NCBI GenBank assembly: GCA_002633005.1
Contig: NMRA01000601.1
Span: forward strand, 169,463-233,462
Length of the DNA: 64,000 nucleotides
Source: Phoronis australis
Taxonomy: Eukaryota; Animalia; Phoronida
Direction: 5' to 3'
This document shows positions 13,401 through 27,140 of this stretch, piece by piece. The first letter of the stretch is position 1; the number at the start of each line of letters is the position of its first letter. A program made the translations under genes and the position numbers. The notes beneath the pieces were generated by a model. The model was not told where the DNA came from and did not search any database. It saw nothing but the letters and a program-made list of their open reading frames with translations.

Positions 13401-14032
13401 CTTTAACAACATTCAGCATCACTGAACTTGAGCTGTCGTATTGATTAGAGGCTCGGAAGTCGACAACGCTTATAACTGGTAATATTACAGTTCCCAGCAT
13501 ATTAATCAAAATAAACCCAGCCTGCCTCATTCTGCGAGAAGCAAACGCGTGAAAGAACCCCGGGACTGCAAAAAATGCATCCATGGTGCACGCCGGAAAA
13601 TCAACAACCGAAACACACACCTTTGGTTGCATAATTTACCTGTTTAAAGGACGAATCCGTCATTCAGTCGCAATATACCTTAAATGCCCTGTTATGAAGG
13701 AACACATGTAAAGTGAATTGACGGTCTAAACACAGTCTGTTTGAGGAAACAACCCATATATGAAATAAACAGTGTCGGAATATTGCTGTACATTCTTCGG
13801 TTTTGTGAGCCTATTCTTTCGCCAAAATATGCAAAATAAGGCAAAACACAAAGTTTTTCATAAACTGTTGCTCCGTTTGGCTTAATAGCTGCGGTGACAT
13901 CCAAAACAGACACAGGCGTAGGAAGACTTTCAGTAGAGTGAGGTAGGAACAGATGTGAGTCCGCCCTAGTCGACATCAGTTTCGCCATCCCCGCTTGCTC
14001 CACCCCCAGTCAGCACCAACTTTGCTACGCCT

Positions 14033-14166
14033 CATGGGCGGCGCAGCACTAAAAAAAGTGGGGCTATAGCCCCCCGTGGTACACCGCCCATAGACCATGG
14101 GCGCCAGAGCACTGAAAAAAGTGGGGGGCTATAGCCCCCCCAACCCCCTATGGTGCGCTGCATATG
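14033..14166. mobile_element. Dimeric CATGGGCG MITE nested in a CACAGGCGTAGGAA...TTCCTACGTCTATG element (13911-14351)
   Basis: Two units of about 60-70 bp joined by TAGAC; flanks CGCCT/CGCCC; second copy at 55609-55752. Confidence 0.8.
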
Positions 14167-14346
14167 CGCCCTGCCCCATCGCGACAAGTTCGCAGCCCTC
14201 GCAGGCTCGCACCCATCCAATAAAAAATTACAAAGCGATTCAAAAGATATTTTCTGGTCTCTTTAGTGTTTGGCGTGGCGCTCCTCTATAACTACACGAG
14301 TGAGGGTGGGTGGAAGCTCGCCCCACGTCCCTGCTGGTTCCTACGT

Positions 14347-15180
14347 CTATGATATAATATACATGCAGAAGTGACACCAATATATGGTGGAATTTTCACA
14401 ACTTATTTCAAAGATTGCTTCCACAAAATGGCCTCTGCAGGTGAGATGGACTTATAGCGCATCACACTTGTGTTGATATCAAGGCTATCAATATAGATCA
14501 CCACCTGTTGTTTCCTGGAGCGAGCAATGATTAAAAGAATCGGATGACTCAGTGATACAAAAGCCGATTAAATGGAGTGAGGTCTCTGATGCGTGTCTAA
14601 TACTATAAATGTATTTTAATAGGTCATTTAATTTGGCATCAGATCTAACAAAATAAGAATTAATATCACAAACATAACCCAATAGACTTAATGACGATTA
14701 AATTACACTACATTAATACTTGCAAGATAACATCCAAAANCCAAACTCGTTACAGCGTCGAGTTAAAACAGGCCGTGGAGAACACTGCTATGATATAATA
14801 TACTTGCAGAAGTGACACCAATATATAGTGGAATTTTCACAACTTATTTCAAAGATTGCTTCCACAAAATGGCCTCTGCAGGTGAGATGGACTTATAGCG
14901 CATCACACTTGTGTTGATATCAAGGTTATCAATATAGATCACCACCTGTTGTTTCCTGGAGCGAGCAATGATTAAAAGAATCGGATGACTCAGTGATACA
15001 AAAGCCGATTAAATGGAGTGAGGTCTCTGATGCGTGTCTAATACTATAAATGTATTTTAATAGGTCATTTAATTTGGCATCAGATCTAACAAAATAAGAA
15101 TTAATATCACAAACATAACCCAATAGACTTAATGACGATTAAATTACACTACATTAATACTTGCAAGATAACATCCAAAA
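14347..15180 (+). repeat. Near-identical direct duplication of about 393 bp (14347-14739 and 14788-15180), probably an assembly/haplotype join
   Basis: Offset 441 bp, identical 64-aa spurious ORFs, single N at 14740 exactly at the end of copy 1. Confidence 0.9.
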
Positions 15181-15230
15181 CAGACACAAGAAAAATACAG
15201 TATTCAGACTTATCTGCACCGAAGTATTTC

Positions 15231-15256
15231 CAGGAAGAGATAATTATCTCTTCCTG
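15231..15256. repeat. Perfect 26-bp palindrome with 7-bp TSD (transposon footprint)
   Basis: GTATTTC-CAGGAAGAGATAATTATCTCTTCCTG-GTATTTC. Confidence 0.9.
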
Positions 15257-18200
15257 GTATTTCTTATGTAAGACGAAACTAACAGAGTCGTGATAATACT
15301 ATAGAAAAACTTTTCGTTGAAATTAACGTAGACTTTGCGAAAAACAACAAAAATACCTAACTAAAAATATTAGAATAGATAGGGCTTGGAATGACTAGTG
15401 ACAAAACGAGAAAAAATTTCCAGGTGATGTGTGCTAGAAATATTTTTTGTGAAATAAACGTTTTTGCACGGATGAAGTCCAAATAATGGTAAAAAAGAGA
15501 CAAAGAAAGAGAAGACTAGAAATTAAATCAGAGGAAATCAAAGCCAAAAAAGAGCAAATCCCCTTAAAAGAGGAAAATTCTAAGCCCTGGTGAAAAAGAC
15601 CGCTTCAAAATGACGTAGACTACAAGAGGTACAATGCACGAGGCAACAGAGGTGATTGATTACCAACGAGTCCTTTATTTAACCTTCTGACGGAGCAAGC
15701 AATGTTGGACATTCACAGCCTATAGCTCTCAACCACGCCACCTTACGGAAGAAAATAATATAAAAACGGTGTTCTTTCGATAATTTACCTTTCACGCAAC
15801 CGGTTTAAGTACCAGTAAACCAACTGGCAAAGTGAATTCCAGGTGCAACCGGTATCCGCACTCATTATCTTCCGTCTGCTCCATATATTAAATTTATTTT
15901 CTTGTCTGTATACCGGTGCGTCTCCACATTCGTTACGCCACTGACAGGTAACATATCAGGTTGGTTCCAACATCAATCATGCTTTGGTTGATCAAATTCC
16001 ACAGGCTGTGATGGGCCCCAATAATTTATAACAACTGCGCGTTTCACTACACTTGTAACTAAACAGGTTGTTGTAAAAACCAGGTCAAACGCTGTGGCCC
16101 ATTTTTTACAAATTTGTGAGAAGTCGGCTGTTGTGAAAAATTGTTATGGCTGCAAACGTATTTCCTATATAGCCGGCTCGGGGCAAGTTCCATAGCCAGA
16201 GGTGATTTTCAAATAGTGTAGTGTATATATTATCATGCACAGCTCCATTTTCTTCGCAAAAGTTGACCAGTACATCTATTTGGTATTATTTTTCTACCGT
16301 CTTTCTTTAGTATTTTACCTAAAATAATTTACAAACCTAGCCGTAAGGAAAATGCATTCGAAAAAAACGTAGTACAATTGATGCACACGTTTTTATTATG
16401 CCGTTATCCAGTGATTATTGGTTGCCGTTTCTGATAACGAATGCAAGCACGCATATCCAAGTCGTATCTGGGACTACCTACGAGTTGGTGACGGGGCCAG
16501 TAACCCTCCAAACTGGAATACCTTCGCGTTTGGTTTTGGGATTTACCGCCTACCAGATGAGCAGGCTGTAGACTGAAGTACAACCGACGAACTGGTTTCG
16601 GAGTACCCCCTTCGAGCTTGATCCAAGACGTACCGCGAGTATACCCACCCCACCCAGAGTGCTCCATGTGGATACCGTCTGAGCTGGTCGTGGAGAACAG
16701 ACCAAGTTGGTTGTAAAAGTACTTCTATTAGCTGAATGTGGGAGTATCCCCGAACTGGCCTTGCTAGTCACTTTGGGCTGGCAGCGGCAGTACCCCTCCG
16801 AACAAGATCTCAGAGCAGTTCACCTCGGTCAATTTTTCCTTGCGAGTACCCGCCTCTACGGATCTGGCTTCAGGAGCAGGCTTTGAGAGTGTACCTGCAT
16901 GAGCTTGCTATGTACCACTGAAGTCGTGATATCATTTTTTGTTTTTTTTTTACTGAATAAACCAGGGTTCCCTAAACTGGGCTCCGATTTGGTAAAAACC
17001 GGAACATGTTTCTCCAGATTCATTACAAAGGACCGTTTTGTAACAACTGTTAAATGGCCCATTGTAATAAACCGGGGGCCACCAGTGCTGTACAAGACAC
17101 GTAGCACAGTAAGGAGCGAAACAAATATTAGAATCTTTGTTGGTTTACTGACTTCTGCGTAGCCTAAATTACGACTCGTGAGAACACAAGCTCTGTTACT
17201 CTAATATTTAGTTATTATCCTTTGCCCGATTTGCAAAGGCATGAAGTCTCAGAGCAAACATAGCGTAGCCGAGAAGCATTCAGCTAGTCTACGACTTCAA
17301 CGGATAAGCGCCACCAAGAGGGCTGAATCTTTATAAGATATTTTTGAAAGCACCTGAAAGTTCCACTAATCATGTGAAACAGTTGCCAAATTGTTCTACT
17401 AATAATAAATCAGTGATGTAAATCTTCGACCAGATCAACCGTTTGGCTGCGCCCTTTAGGTTATGTTGTTACTTTGAACTCATATTGCTTTGATCAAAGT
17501 TCTGAAGAATCCCCCATCTAATTTGTTTTGACATGACGTCGATGCATCATGTAGTTTTGAGATCCTGGACCCAGCCGCCACTATTGTTTATCGTGGTTGT
17601 GCTGCACAAGTCTTTTGATAAACCTCGGAATATAAAACAAAGGCCAGTCTATAATTAAGTCACTATTTCCTTCCAACGAACTTCCTTTTGGTGGTGGCTC
17701 ATGTGGCGTGCAGAATTAGTTTATTATCATTACAACGTTCATGTTTGTGTACTACGCAGGCTGTTCACACAAAAGATATTTCCTAGACAATAGACTAACA
17801 ATGATGCTTTCTCTCCATAGCCCGAGCCACGACTGCCCGAAATGACCCTGACCTGGTGACAATCGGTGTCCCAAAGAATACTCTGTTCCTTGTGACACAA
17901 AAACAATATCGTAAAGCAGAACTATTCATTTTCGATTTCTCAGTGGTGAGACGGTAAAACGAGAACACCAACTCTTCAACCAAACACTCAAATAGTTACT
18001 ATTAGTTTCTCTATTGAATAAAAACGTTCACTTTGACCCAACTGTTAAGACTGTAATGAAGATATAAATGTGACGGGTGAAATGTAACCAACAATATATG
18101 GCATGAATGATTATGTATTGACGACCCCTATGTTTGTATAGATTGAAATGTTAGTCATCATACGGGCATAAAACATAGGATTGTAAATAGTTTCATTATG

Positions 18201-21200
18201 ACTGTATTTTATTAATACAAAGGAGTGCTATTGTTAATGAATTAGTATTGTAGCGTAAGTGCTTCAGTTACGACTTGCATAATTTGGATACAGACAGCGA
18301 TTAATTTAAAATGAATCATCAACTGAGAATTGAGGTCGGCAATGCTCGGACTAACCCCACATGAGTCTGTCTTCATCCCATTAGATCCGTATTTGATTTC
18401 CGATAGTCTTTATTTTTTAAAAGTCATGATATAATGAAGGAAACTGATACGTCTCAATCCAGAATTTTTAGCTTAAATGTTGCGCACCGAGCGAGGTGTG
18501 CGTCCCACAAACACGACAAACAACAGATGGGTTAAACTTTAAAAAGGTTATTGTTTAACTTTACAGTGCGCTGGTATTTCCAATTCTTCCTATCTAAAAT
18601 TCACCCACACATGTTTGATAATACACGAGGACTGTTGTAATGGAATTATCATTCAGTTATATCATGTTGACTATTACTAGGGGAATCTCATGTCGGGGTT
18701 AAATTGAAATATGTCAGCAGTAAAGGTTAAATCGTTGTACACCGTATGTCGGTGGCGGATGGAAACAGAGTTTTCCCAGCTGACCAGCAGGCGTATGACC
18801 TAACATAACCAGGTTTTGGGCATCTCAGGTATGCCTAATATTGTTACAGGTGAAAACAGATCCTACAATGTCAACAAATACGCGTTAAGAAACTTGTCTA
18901 GCATACTGGTACAACAAACCACCTGTTAAACTAGTTTGATTTAATTTCTATACTCCTCAGACCCAACAGCTTTGAAATGTGCCGAACTCTAGGGCTAAAT
19001 CGATGATTGAATTAGTATTGTGGGCTGATACTATTACGAACTCATCCAAGTTGGAAAAGCAACTGTCTCCCTCTCAAATGATGTCATGACCTGCTATAGC
19101 TGTGTCAATGTGAAATTGCTCTCACTTACCTTGAAGGTAGCAATCATCCATCGATTTGTACCGCGACATTTTGCTTTTTGATACAGACGGAATGCGGCAG
19201 ACGAAAGACAGTTACATAGTTGACTCTGACTGAGAGACTGGCCACTTCTTTATTGTTGCTGAACACAATCATGACCTCATGACCCCACTAGCCTCGGTCT
19301 CGCTTTCACAGCGTGCAGTGATGTAGAAAACTTTGTGTAAGGTTTCGCATTAGTTTATGATGGTCTTGACTGCAAAAAAATAAGCGACAATCAAATGTTA
19401 CAAAAATGATAATTGCAGGCGGTCTGATACACGTTGTCACCGGTCGTGGGCAGGCCGCTCATCTGGACTCACTGCGCTGATCACATGGAACCCTTTTTAC
19501 TCTTTATCGATAGTTGAAGTCAATGTTAGACATCTGATACATGTAAGTATTGAAAATTTAAAGAATACAAGTATGCAAAACAAAATGGACTTGAGATTTG
19601 TCTCTGACTAACCATTTTCGGCAATAAAAGTTTCATATACGGTAATAGAGAAGGCAAGTTTAGTGCCGAAACCTTTTTAACCACTGCACATAGATTTACA
19701 AAACCTCTGCACTCTACGCAAATGTTTCGACGTTATTAGTATCCCAAATTCTCTTCTTAAAAGGTCACAGGAGGAATAGAACGCAAGGAAAACAAACGAA
19801 CGCAACGGTAACGTAAAATTAATTTAGGCAGTTAGCAATTAATTTGAGAGGTTGAAAATTAAGTTATGCATTATTTACGCCGTTGATGATTAATTGATTC
19901 TGTTAAAATTAATTTAAACCGTTCATCATTTGATCTACGTGCGTAATCACTTACGTGGGTAAATAATTATCCTTTTGGTTAAAGTGCAGTTGTGTCAGAC
20001 AAGTTACGGATCTTGACTTCGTAAATAGGGAAACGAAAGACGACCCAATGACGACAATAAGAAAAGTGGATAGTTTTTGTTTAAGCGTAATTACGTCTTC
20101 CTGAGTTTTTCCTCGTGTTATCCGCTTGGATGAAGTTGTATGAGAACAGCAGATTCGTTTTAGTCCTCAATGTTTCTGTATCAATTGAATGCCCAGTTGC
20201 ATGAACATGGCTTTCTCGGATGTCTCCCGTTATGTCTGTTACGAATAGTCTGCCATTCTTGTACAAGAAAGAGAACTACTTTTGCGACGCCGTCTCTAGA
20301 CGGCTATTGACGTCACTTTCTCGCCTGGAGTTTTTGAACCTTTAGTCCAGCTCAGAAGTGGAGACCAGAGTAACATCTTGCAAAGTTGGAGTGAATATTA
20401 ATATTTATTTAATTCATGCAAAACGCCGATTGGTGACGATGCTCTTATTTATCTGGGAATCAGTCTACGGTGATGACTAGGTCGAGTTCGCTAACGCAGA
20501 ATCGAATATTCACAACTTAGTCAGCGGTAACCGTCCATCCTGGCGGCACTAAATCCGACTCGACGAACTGGAGAGTATTTTAACGGAAGCGTATTCAATA
20601 CGACTAAAAACCCGACTCCCCGGCCGTCACTAAAACCAGTTTTTGATCTAGGCTTCTTGTCGTCTCAAATTGTTCTTTTGCCAAATTAGGCGTGTCCTAA
20701 CAAGCATGGAAAGAACTGATCACTCGCTATTGATTGAGATCAAACTCCACACTGAAGTTGGATTGTCACGACGATGCACGTCATCCGGCGGGAATGATCT
20801 GGTAAAACAGCGAATTGGAATTACTCTGCAAGATCAAAACTTGCTTTTCACATGGGTAAGAAACAAGTTGAAATCAATTTCATAGCAGCAAGAGGTCTTA
20901 ATTAAAATTTAGTTTCTTTTACGGAACGTGCCGTTCTTCACATTTAAATACATTTATTGTCAATAAGTAGTATTACGATGTAAATAACACTGATCGCATA
21001 CGTACACGCACACACTTACTCAATTGTCGCTTAATTTTCAATAATATGAGCAAATTTTAACCATCTTTTTCTAATCAAACTGTCTATTTTTCGAAAAATA
21101 TATTTCTTTGTGAGATAATACTGACTCAAAATATTCACAAAAGCATTAATAGATGATAAAGCGCCCCAAATCTTTGACAGTACAATGATGTTTTGCTAGA

Positions 21201-22576
21201 ACCAAAAAAGAACGTTAGTGTTCATTAATGTTTCATCGCTATCACTGAAGCAAAATTCGAAAATATCTTCCCAGAAAGTTCTGATGTAGTTACACTGTAG
21301 TAGTCTGTACAAACAAGTGCATCAAACTTTCTGGGACCTGATTACAAAATGTACAAGCAGAAGACTCTGAGACGCCTGTTTCATAAGACATGAATTTGTA
21401 CATAATATTCTGTGAACTAGTCGCTACTGGAACCATCTCAACTTAACATCTAGAAAATATTTAAAAAATTAAGTACACTGTTTTCCAACACATAGTTAAT
21501 TCATTACTCATCTCAGAAATCCATTATTCTGCGAGCTCGGGTTTATCCTCATATTACGAATAAATATATCATACATTGATCTACACTATTTTCATCTTTT
21601 TTTATGTGGTTAACATGTTGGGAACTACAAAAGTGTAACTCGGCTACAGATTCACGTTTCTTCTCGGCTACTTGTAGCGTTGTTGCATTTCAGGGCAGCA
21701 ACTCCTGGAGAATCTGCTGTCGTTTCTGCTAACCCTCAAACAATATAGAATCGTAAATACAAAATGAATGAATGGGAATAATTTTGAATCTAGTATTGGC
21801 ACGTGACGAGTATAGGTAAGAGAGGTATGTCAATTTTCCGATTTTTTTCACCTTTTTCTGAGCCTTACTTCCTCTTCGATGGAAGTGAAAGGCAAAAAAA
21901 GATTTATGTGGTCATGTGTATCATAGCTATTGAGGAAAAATGACGTCATTGTATTCATACAATATTTGACAAGGTGGAAAAAAGTTTTCACATCTATTGG
22001 CGTGTGCACTGCCAGGCAAAATCAAATTGGAAAACATGTAAGAGGCCAGGGGCGCAGAAATTCAGAGATGGGTATTCCAAGAAATTTGGTAGCATTCAGT
22101 GCCGTGATTTTATCTGAGAGTTTTCAGTTTTTAAGGTACTAATTGCTCCTTGTCTATAAAAAGGCTTTAATGCTTACGATTTGAATACTTTTGAAAGAGT
22201 TGCCGGACAGGGACTAATTGAGACCGTCTATAATGAAATATAACCAAACTCCTAGCAACAGAGACCCCCGAAAGAGATGTTTTCACCCTGGTAGACGAAT
22301 TAAATCAGTTGCTGCCGCTAATCGTGAATTTATTTGTTGTTCTATTTTTTAAGTGCATTACTAAAATCATTGAACGGGAGCTACTGCTACATTCAGCCGC
22401 TCAAGGTAGTATGTTTCCAATAAAGTGTATTTTTTAAAGAAAACTGATACATATTGTGCATCCAATACGGGCTTCAACATTTTCATAATTCCAAACTGAT
22501 AGTAAACACTTTCTTTCAGGATCTTTTCAGAATCATGAGCCCCCACCTTTCCCGATATTTTTAACTAAAATGATAT

Positions 22577-22662
22577 ATACACTCCAGTGATTGGCTATTA
22601 CATGTAAATACACTCCAGTGATTGGCTATTACATGTAAATACACTCCAGTGATTGGCTATTA
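22577..22662. repeat. 31-bp minisatellite x2.8, each unit carrying an inverted CCAAT box
   Basis: ATACACTCCAGTGATTGGCTATTACATGTAA repeated exactly. Confidence 0.95.
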
Positions 22663-25600
22663 AATACTTCGTATGAGGCAGGCTTTTAAAAATAAAATAA
22701 TCGTACAATATCAATGTTATGTTTGCCTTTGTCGCCTATGTGAGCTAATCTTTGCCTGGACTTTTGGAAAAACCATTTGCATTCGTATGCTAATTTGCTG
22801 CGAGTTTACATGAAGGGCTGTGTAAATTTCCACGTATACAATTGTAGATTTGTACTACTCATTATTGCATCGGTAGTAATTTTTGATTTATGCAAGTTTG
22901 TTCCCATGGACCTAAAAAGTCGCGGGCTCAAATTCGCAACGGTTTACAAACAGTTGCATGTAGGCAAAGTGAGTCAAAGCCATGTTTTTTGCGAGCGTTC
23001 GTTTTGATTTTTGTGAGAGGGAGGCTGACTTCGTACCTCTTGCATGTATCTGTGTATCAGCCCCACCTTTTGGAGAAAAAGATGACGCTCCAAACGTTGT
23101 ATTGAAAGTTTCATATCCCCACGAGGTGTCTCTGTCTTTTGGGAATAAACTTGAGAACTTGAACTTGAAGCACACTCTTGGAACAATTCGAAAGATAGAT
23201 AAAAGAGGGTTGTAGACATTATCAGGTTCAGAGATTATTTAAACTGTGATAATAGTTCACGTTATTACACAACTACATCGCCACGTATTTGGCTGATGCG
23301 TGAAGCGGTTTTATGCTTTGGAGCTGGGTTCTGTTTCATAAAAAGTGACGTAAGATTTACTTGAGAAATTTGGTCTTAAGGCCCACATAACTATTTCTGA
23401 AATCTACACGTAGTTAAAGTTCACGTGAGCAAAATGCACAGTGACTGAGATAATTTGTATGAACTATTTCTATACTATGATGCATTCATTATTCAAACTT
23501 TTTTCAGCAATTGGTGAAGTGGGAACATTAATTAATTTAAATCTTCAATCGCTTTCATGGAAAAGACGCCCGGCCGGCTTTATGGTATATGTTGTTGCAT
23601 GGAAATGTTCCAGTTTTGACGGCTCGCAGTGGACCTTACCAATTGCAATTTACAATGTGACAGCGTCATCCTGGATATCACTCAGATTTAAACGCCATCA
23701 AATTCCAAAGAAACTCAAAAATATACATTAAGTAGGATCACATCCGGAGATCATGATGTCCATTCAACACCGTGTTTTCGGTTCCCCACAAATCTCTGTC
23801 CAAGGCAACCAAGTGTCATATTAGCTGAAGTCGAGGCGATCCCATCACTGCTCATCCCTCTTAACATCACTTTTCCTCACTAACTTTCCAAGCATTTCGA
23901 CATTAGAGTAAAAAATGTACGTTAGTACAGCACGTTACCATAAGCTCGTGCTTCAGACATTGCAGGGAGTCGAAGAAATGGGTCAGTGGCGTCACTCTCA
24001 GCTGGATGAGCTGGTAGGCCTATTTGGCACAGCGCACGGGGCGTTCCTGCTGGCGGTTCCATGTGGTTCCACCAATATAAAGTAAGCATCCCTCAGGTTC
24101 GCCCTTATTCATAATTCTGCATGCAGGGGGTTAAAGCTTGTAGAGTAAGGATTGCTTACCAGATGATTCAAATTCGCATTGACAATAAATCATTTCCAGA
24201 ATTATCAAAGGATTTTGCAATGAAAAGATGAGGACGAGAAACGTCAAAACGGCATTAACTTGGATTCAATACATTGATTCGAGCAAGGACTTTTCAAATT
24301 GTCAAAAAAAATGTGCATGCCTGGATAGTAACCAGTCGTTAAGGACCTATGTCGACAGAACTTTGAAGGATGAGACACGATGCAGCAGGTGTCAAGTTTT
24401 GTATCAACGAGAGAGAAGTGCAAGCTACTTTAACTTCGAATATAAACCGTGTGTTGTTGAGATCAGGGCCAGCGGCGCTCAAACGTTACCAAGCCCCTCA
24501 AATTACTCGAGAATTAAAAAAATACTCAGACTTAGTAATTTCTCATGTTTTGGAGACCACGACCTGAATAATTGCTCCGAGACATTGTGCTTACGGTTAC
24601 GGCGAGAACTCTCCGCATATGGCACGAAAACAGTGAAAGCGACTATAAACACGCTTTTCGTCACAAAATCAACTGTTGAGTTAGACAACTCGCCGTTATG
24701 AAGTTGGTTCCAAATTCGTCCCCGGTACTTGAGTCGGCATGGCGAGTAAATTTATTCACTGAGCTTGGTCTCGAGTAATAATGCCGAACTTTCACCAGTT
24801 CTTTGCAAAACCAAGAAATCACATCTCATCTGAGCGAGGAACAAGTTGACAATAGTTTATAACGGTGAGTGGTCCAATTCAGAAGTTAAGATTCAAAACA
24901 TATGTAGTGCATTGTATCATTTGCGAATCATTTACATCAACAGGCAACGATGGTTTATTGCCCCTTGAATTCTACCCACTGATTTATGAATTTTATACTA
25001 TAATTCAACACTCCAACCTCATCGAACAAACACTTCAGCATCCGGCGTTATGTTAATTTACAGAGGTCCTATAGGTTGAACATGGTCGCGAAATACTTGA
25101 CTTTCATCCACGTGATTTTGCGTGGCATTGCGTGGTCTCGCTTTTCTTTTACGTAACTTGGTCTGTGGAGCACTGTCCTGCGTACAACTGTCCAAGAGGA
25201 AAAGATATATTAGGTATTCGACGAAGACGCATTCCAAGATTTTTTTAACACTCAAACCCAGTCATGAATATTGTTATGATTCACAACATTCGGCTTCTTT
25301 GTACTGGTTTGTATACTTAGACATTTTCCTTAACACCCCAATTCTAACTTCCTTGCAATGCATCATGTTTCGATTGGCAGCCCGGAAGGTGGGAGAGGGC
25401 ATGTGATGCCACCGATTTCTCCCCTCTCGGTTACCACAAATTTTACCCCTCACGATAGGTTCATATTTCATTGTGTGTAGTTCCCTCGTGTTATTTTTTC
25501 CATGGCCTATGCTGCGCTGCCTGATTTTTTCTTGTTTTGCCCTAATTTCCACATATTTGCCTGACCTGGAGGCAGGACAACTGCCCTCATGCCACCTTGC

Positions 25601-26924
25601 GAAATACATCGATGCCTAAAAGCGCATTTAAGTCATGTGCAAACGTTTGCCAACACTGACGTCACAAAAAGTTACAGGATGGTTGTATTTTGTTCGTGAA
25701 GGCGGGAGTAAGTTATTTCACGCTACGATACATTAGTTGTTCCATTTTCAGCATCATATTCGCCATCAGAACCGGATCGAGTACAAGCATTGTGTGAAAG
25801 TGCACCCATGTGTGTAATGTACAAAGCTGTCTTTGTAAATACAATATGCAACCCATACAACCCCATTGTCCTGATGTTCTGCGGTCCGACCAAGTCTAAA
25901 TTCGTTCGGCTCGTAGAATCACCTATTGATCTATATTTAACGAAGTTTCTGTTGTTCCATACTCCCCACCTCGTCGTGGTCCGAGTGATTCCTCTCATGC
26001 GGACGCTCTTCGCCCCTTCATTCTATGGGGGTGACTTTTGGTCTCAGGCAATATGCAGTTTTTCAGTGGCGGTCCAAAAAACTACATATAGACCGAGAGG
26101 GAAAGTCCGTCACTGTTTTATGAAATGGCTGACGACTTGTATCGATGAACCGAAAACAATTTTAAAGTAAGAAATGTTATATTCCTGAAATAAATTTCTT
26201 AAAATCATACCAAGATAATGATTGATACAGCAAATATTTCAACATTGCAAGAACAGAATAATGAATCAATTAATAAAGTAAATATAAACACAATAAATAC
26301 CAGAATAAATGGTTTCTGTGGCGCTAGAAATCAAGGGCTGAAATAAATGAGCCTAAATTGAACTACCGCGATGAAGTAAACGCCTGCTCGTAACGCAGTG
26401 ATGAAACTGTAGCTTGCGAGCATAAGGATTACGTCATCGAGTTACGATGATATCTTCAGTACTTCAAAAATTGTTTGAAAAGTATTGAGGTGTCGTTATC
26501 ACACCCTTGGTCTATGTGAATAATTATTGAATACAAAACATTGATAGCTGGTGAGTTTAAACTAAAATTTCATAATTTATCCAAATAATGAAATTACCCT
26601 TCATCTACTAATTTAGGTTTTGACCCCAAGTACAGAACCTAGGTTGTTGTACACTGTTGCGATCAATCTTTAACGATAAACATTGTCATCTTTGTGTACA
26701 TAGACGATAGTTGGTCTTAGATCACTTCAGTAGTTACAGTGCTAAAGGTGAAAGGACATGCAACTTAAATTGCGTGTTCAAAATTTGAACGGTTGCTGCG
26801 AAGCTCGTTTATACTTGACTTCGCAAATTCTTTGTATGAAACTATTCCTTCAATAATCGAATGGAAACTGTTGATATCGCTTATGGCACGTGACACGAAC
26901 GTTATCAGCAAACACAAAAACAAG

Positions 26925-27140
26925 ATGGAGTACGACGAATTCATCAGCAAATATGTGGGGGAATCGAACCGTTACCAGGTGGAAATTTTCATTCTTATTG
27001 CGCTTGTACCTTTCCTTTTGCCGATGACGAATGTGATTCAGGTTTTTGTAGCCGCCATACCGGACCACTGGTGCACAGCGCCACCTGTGTTGCTGAACTT
27101 CTCTGTTCAAACGGCAAAGGCGTTATCGATACCTTTCAAA
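26925..27140 (+). CDS. SLC22-family organic cation transporter-like (Orct-like) gene A, coding exon 1 (MEYDEFISKYVGE...HWC...ALSIPFK)
   Basis: Matches the SLC22 N-terminus (M.YD....vGE..RYQ, TM1, P.HWC). Donor GTACGT at 27141, phase 0. An in-frame upstream ATG at 26883 is an alternative start. Confidence 0.9.

Noticed and set aside
14488-15123. Two identical 64-aa ORFs suggesting a tandem gene pair
   Set aside because: They result from the duplicated block with an N at the junction; no coding features.
22577-22662. CRISPR-like repeats (also 7594-7706)
   Set aside because: Head-to-tail units with no unique spacers, a eukaryotic context and no cas genes.
24228-24701. 157-aa ORF upstream of the transporter
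   Set aside because: No recognisable motif or supporting exon chain. It could be a chance ORF or TE debris and needs a homology search.
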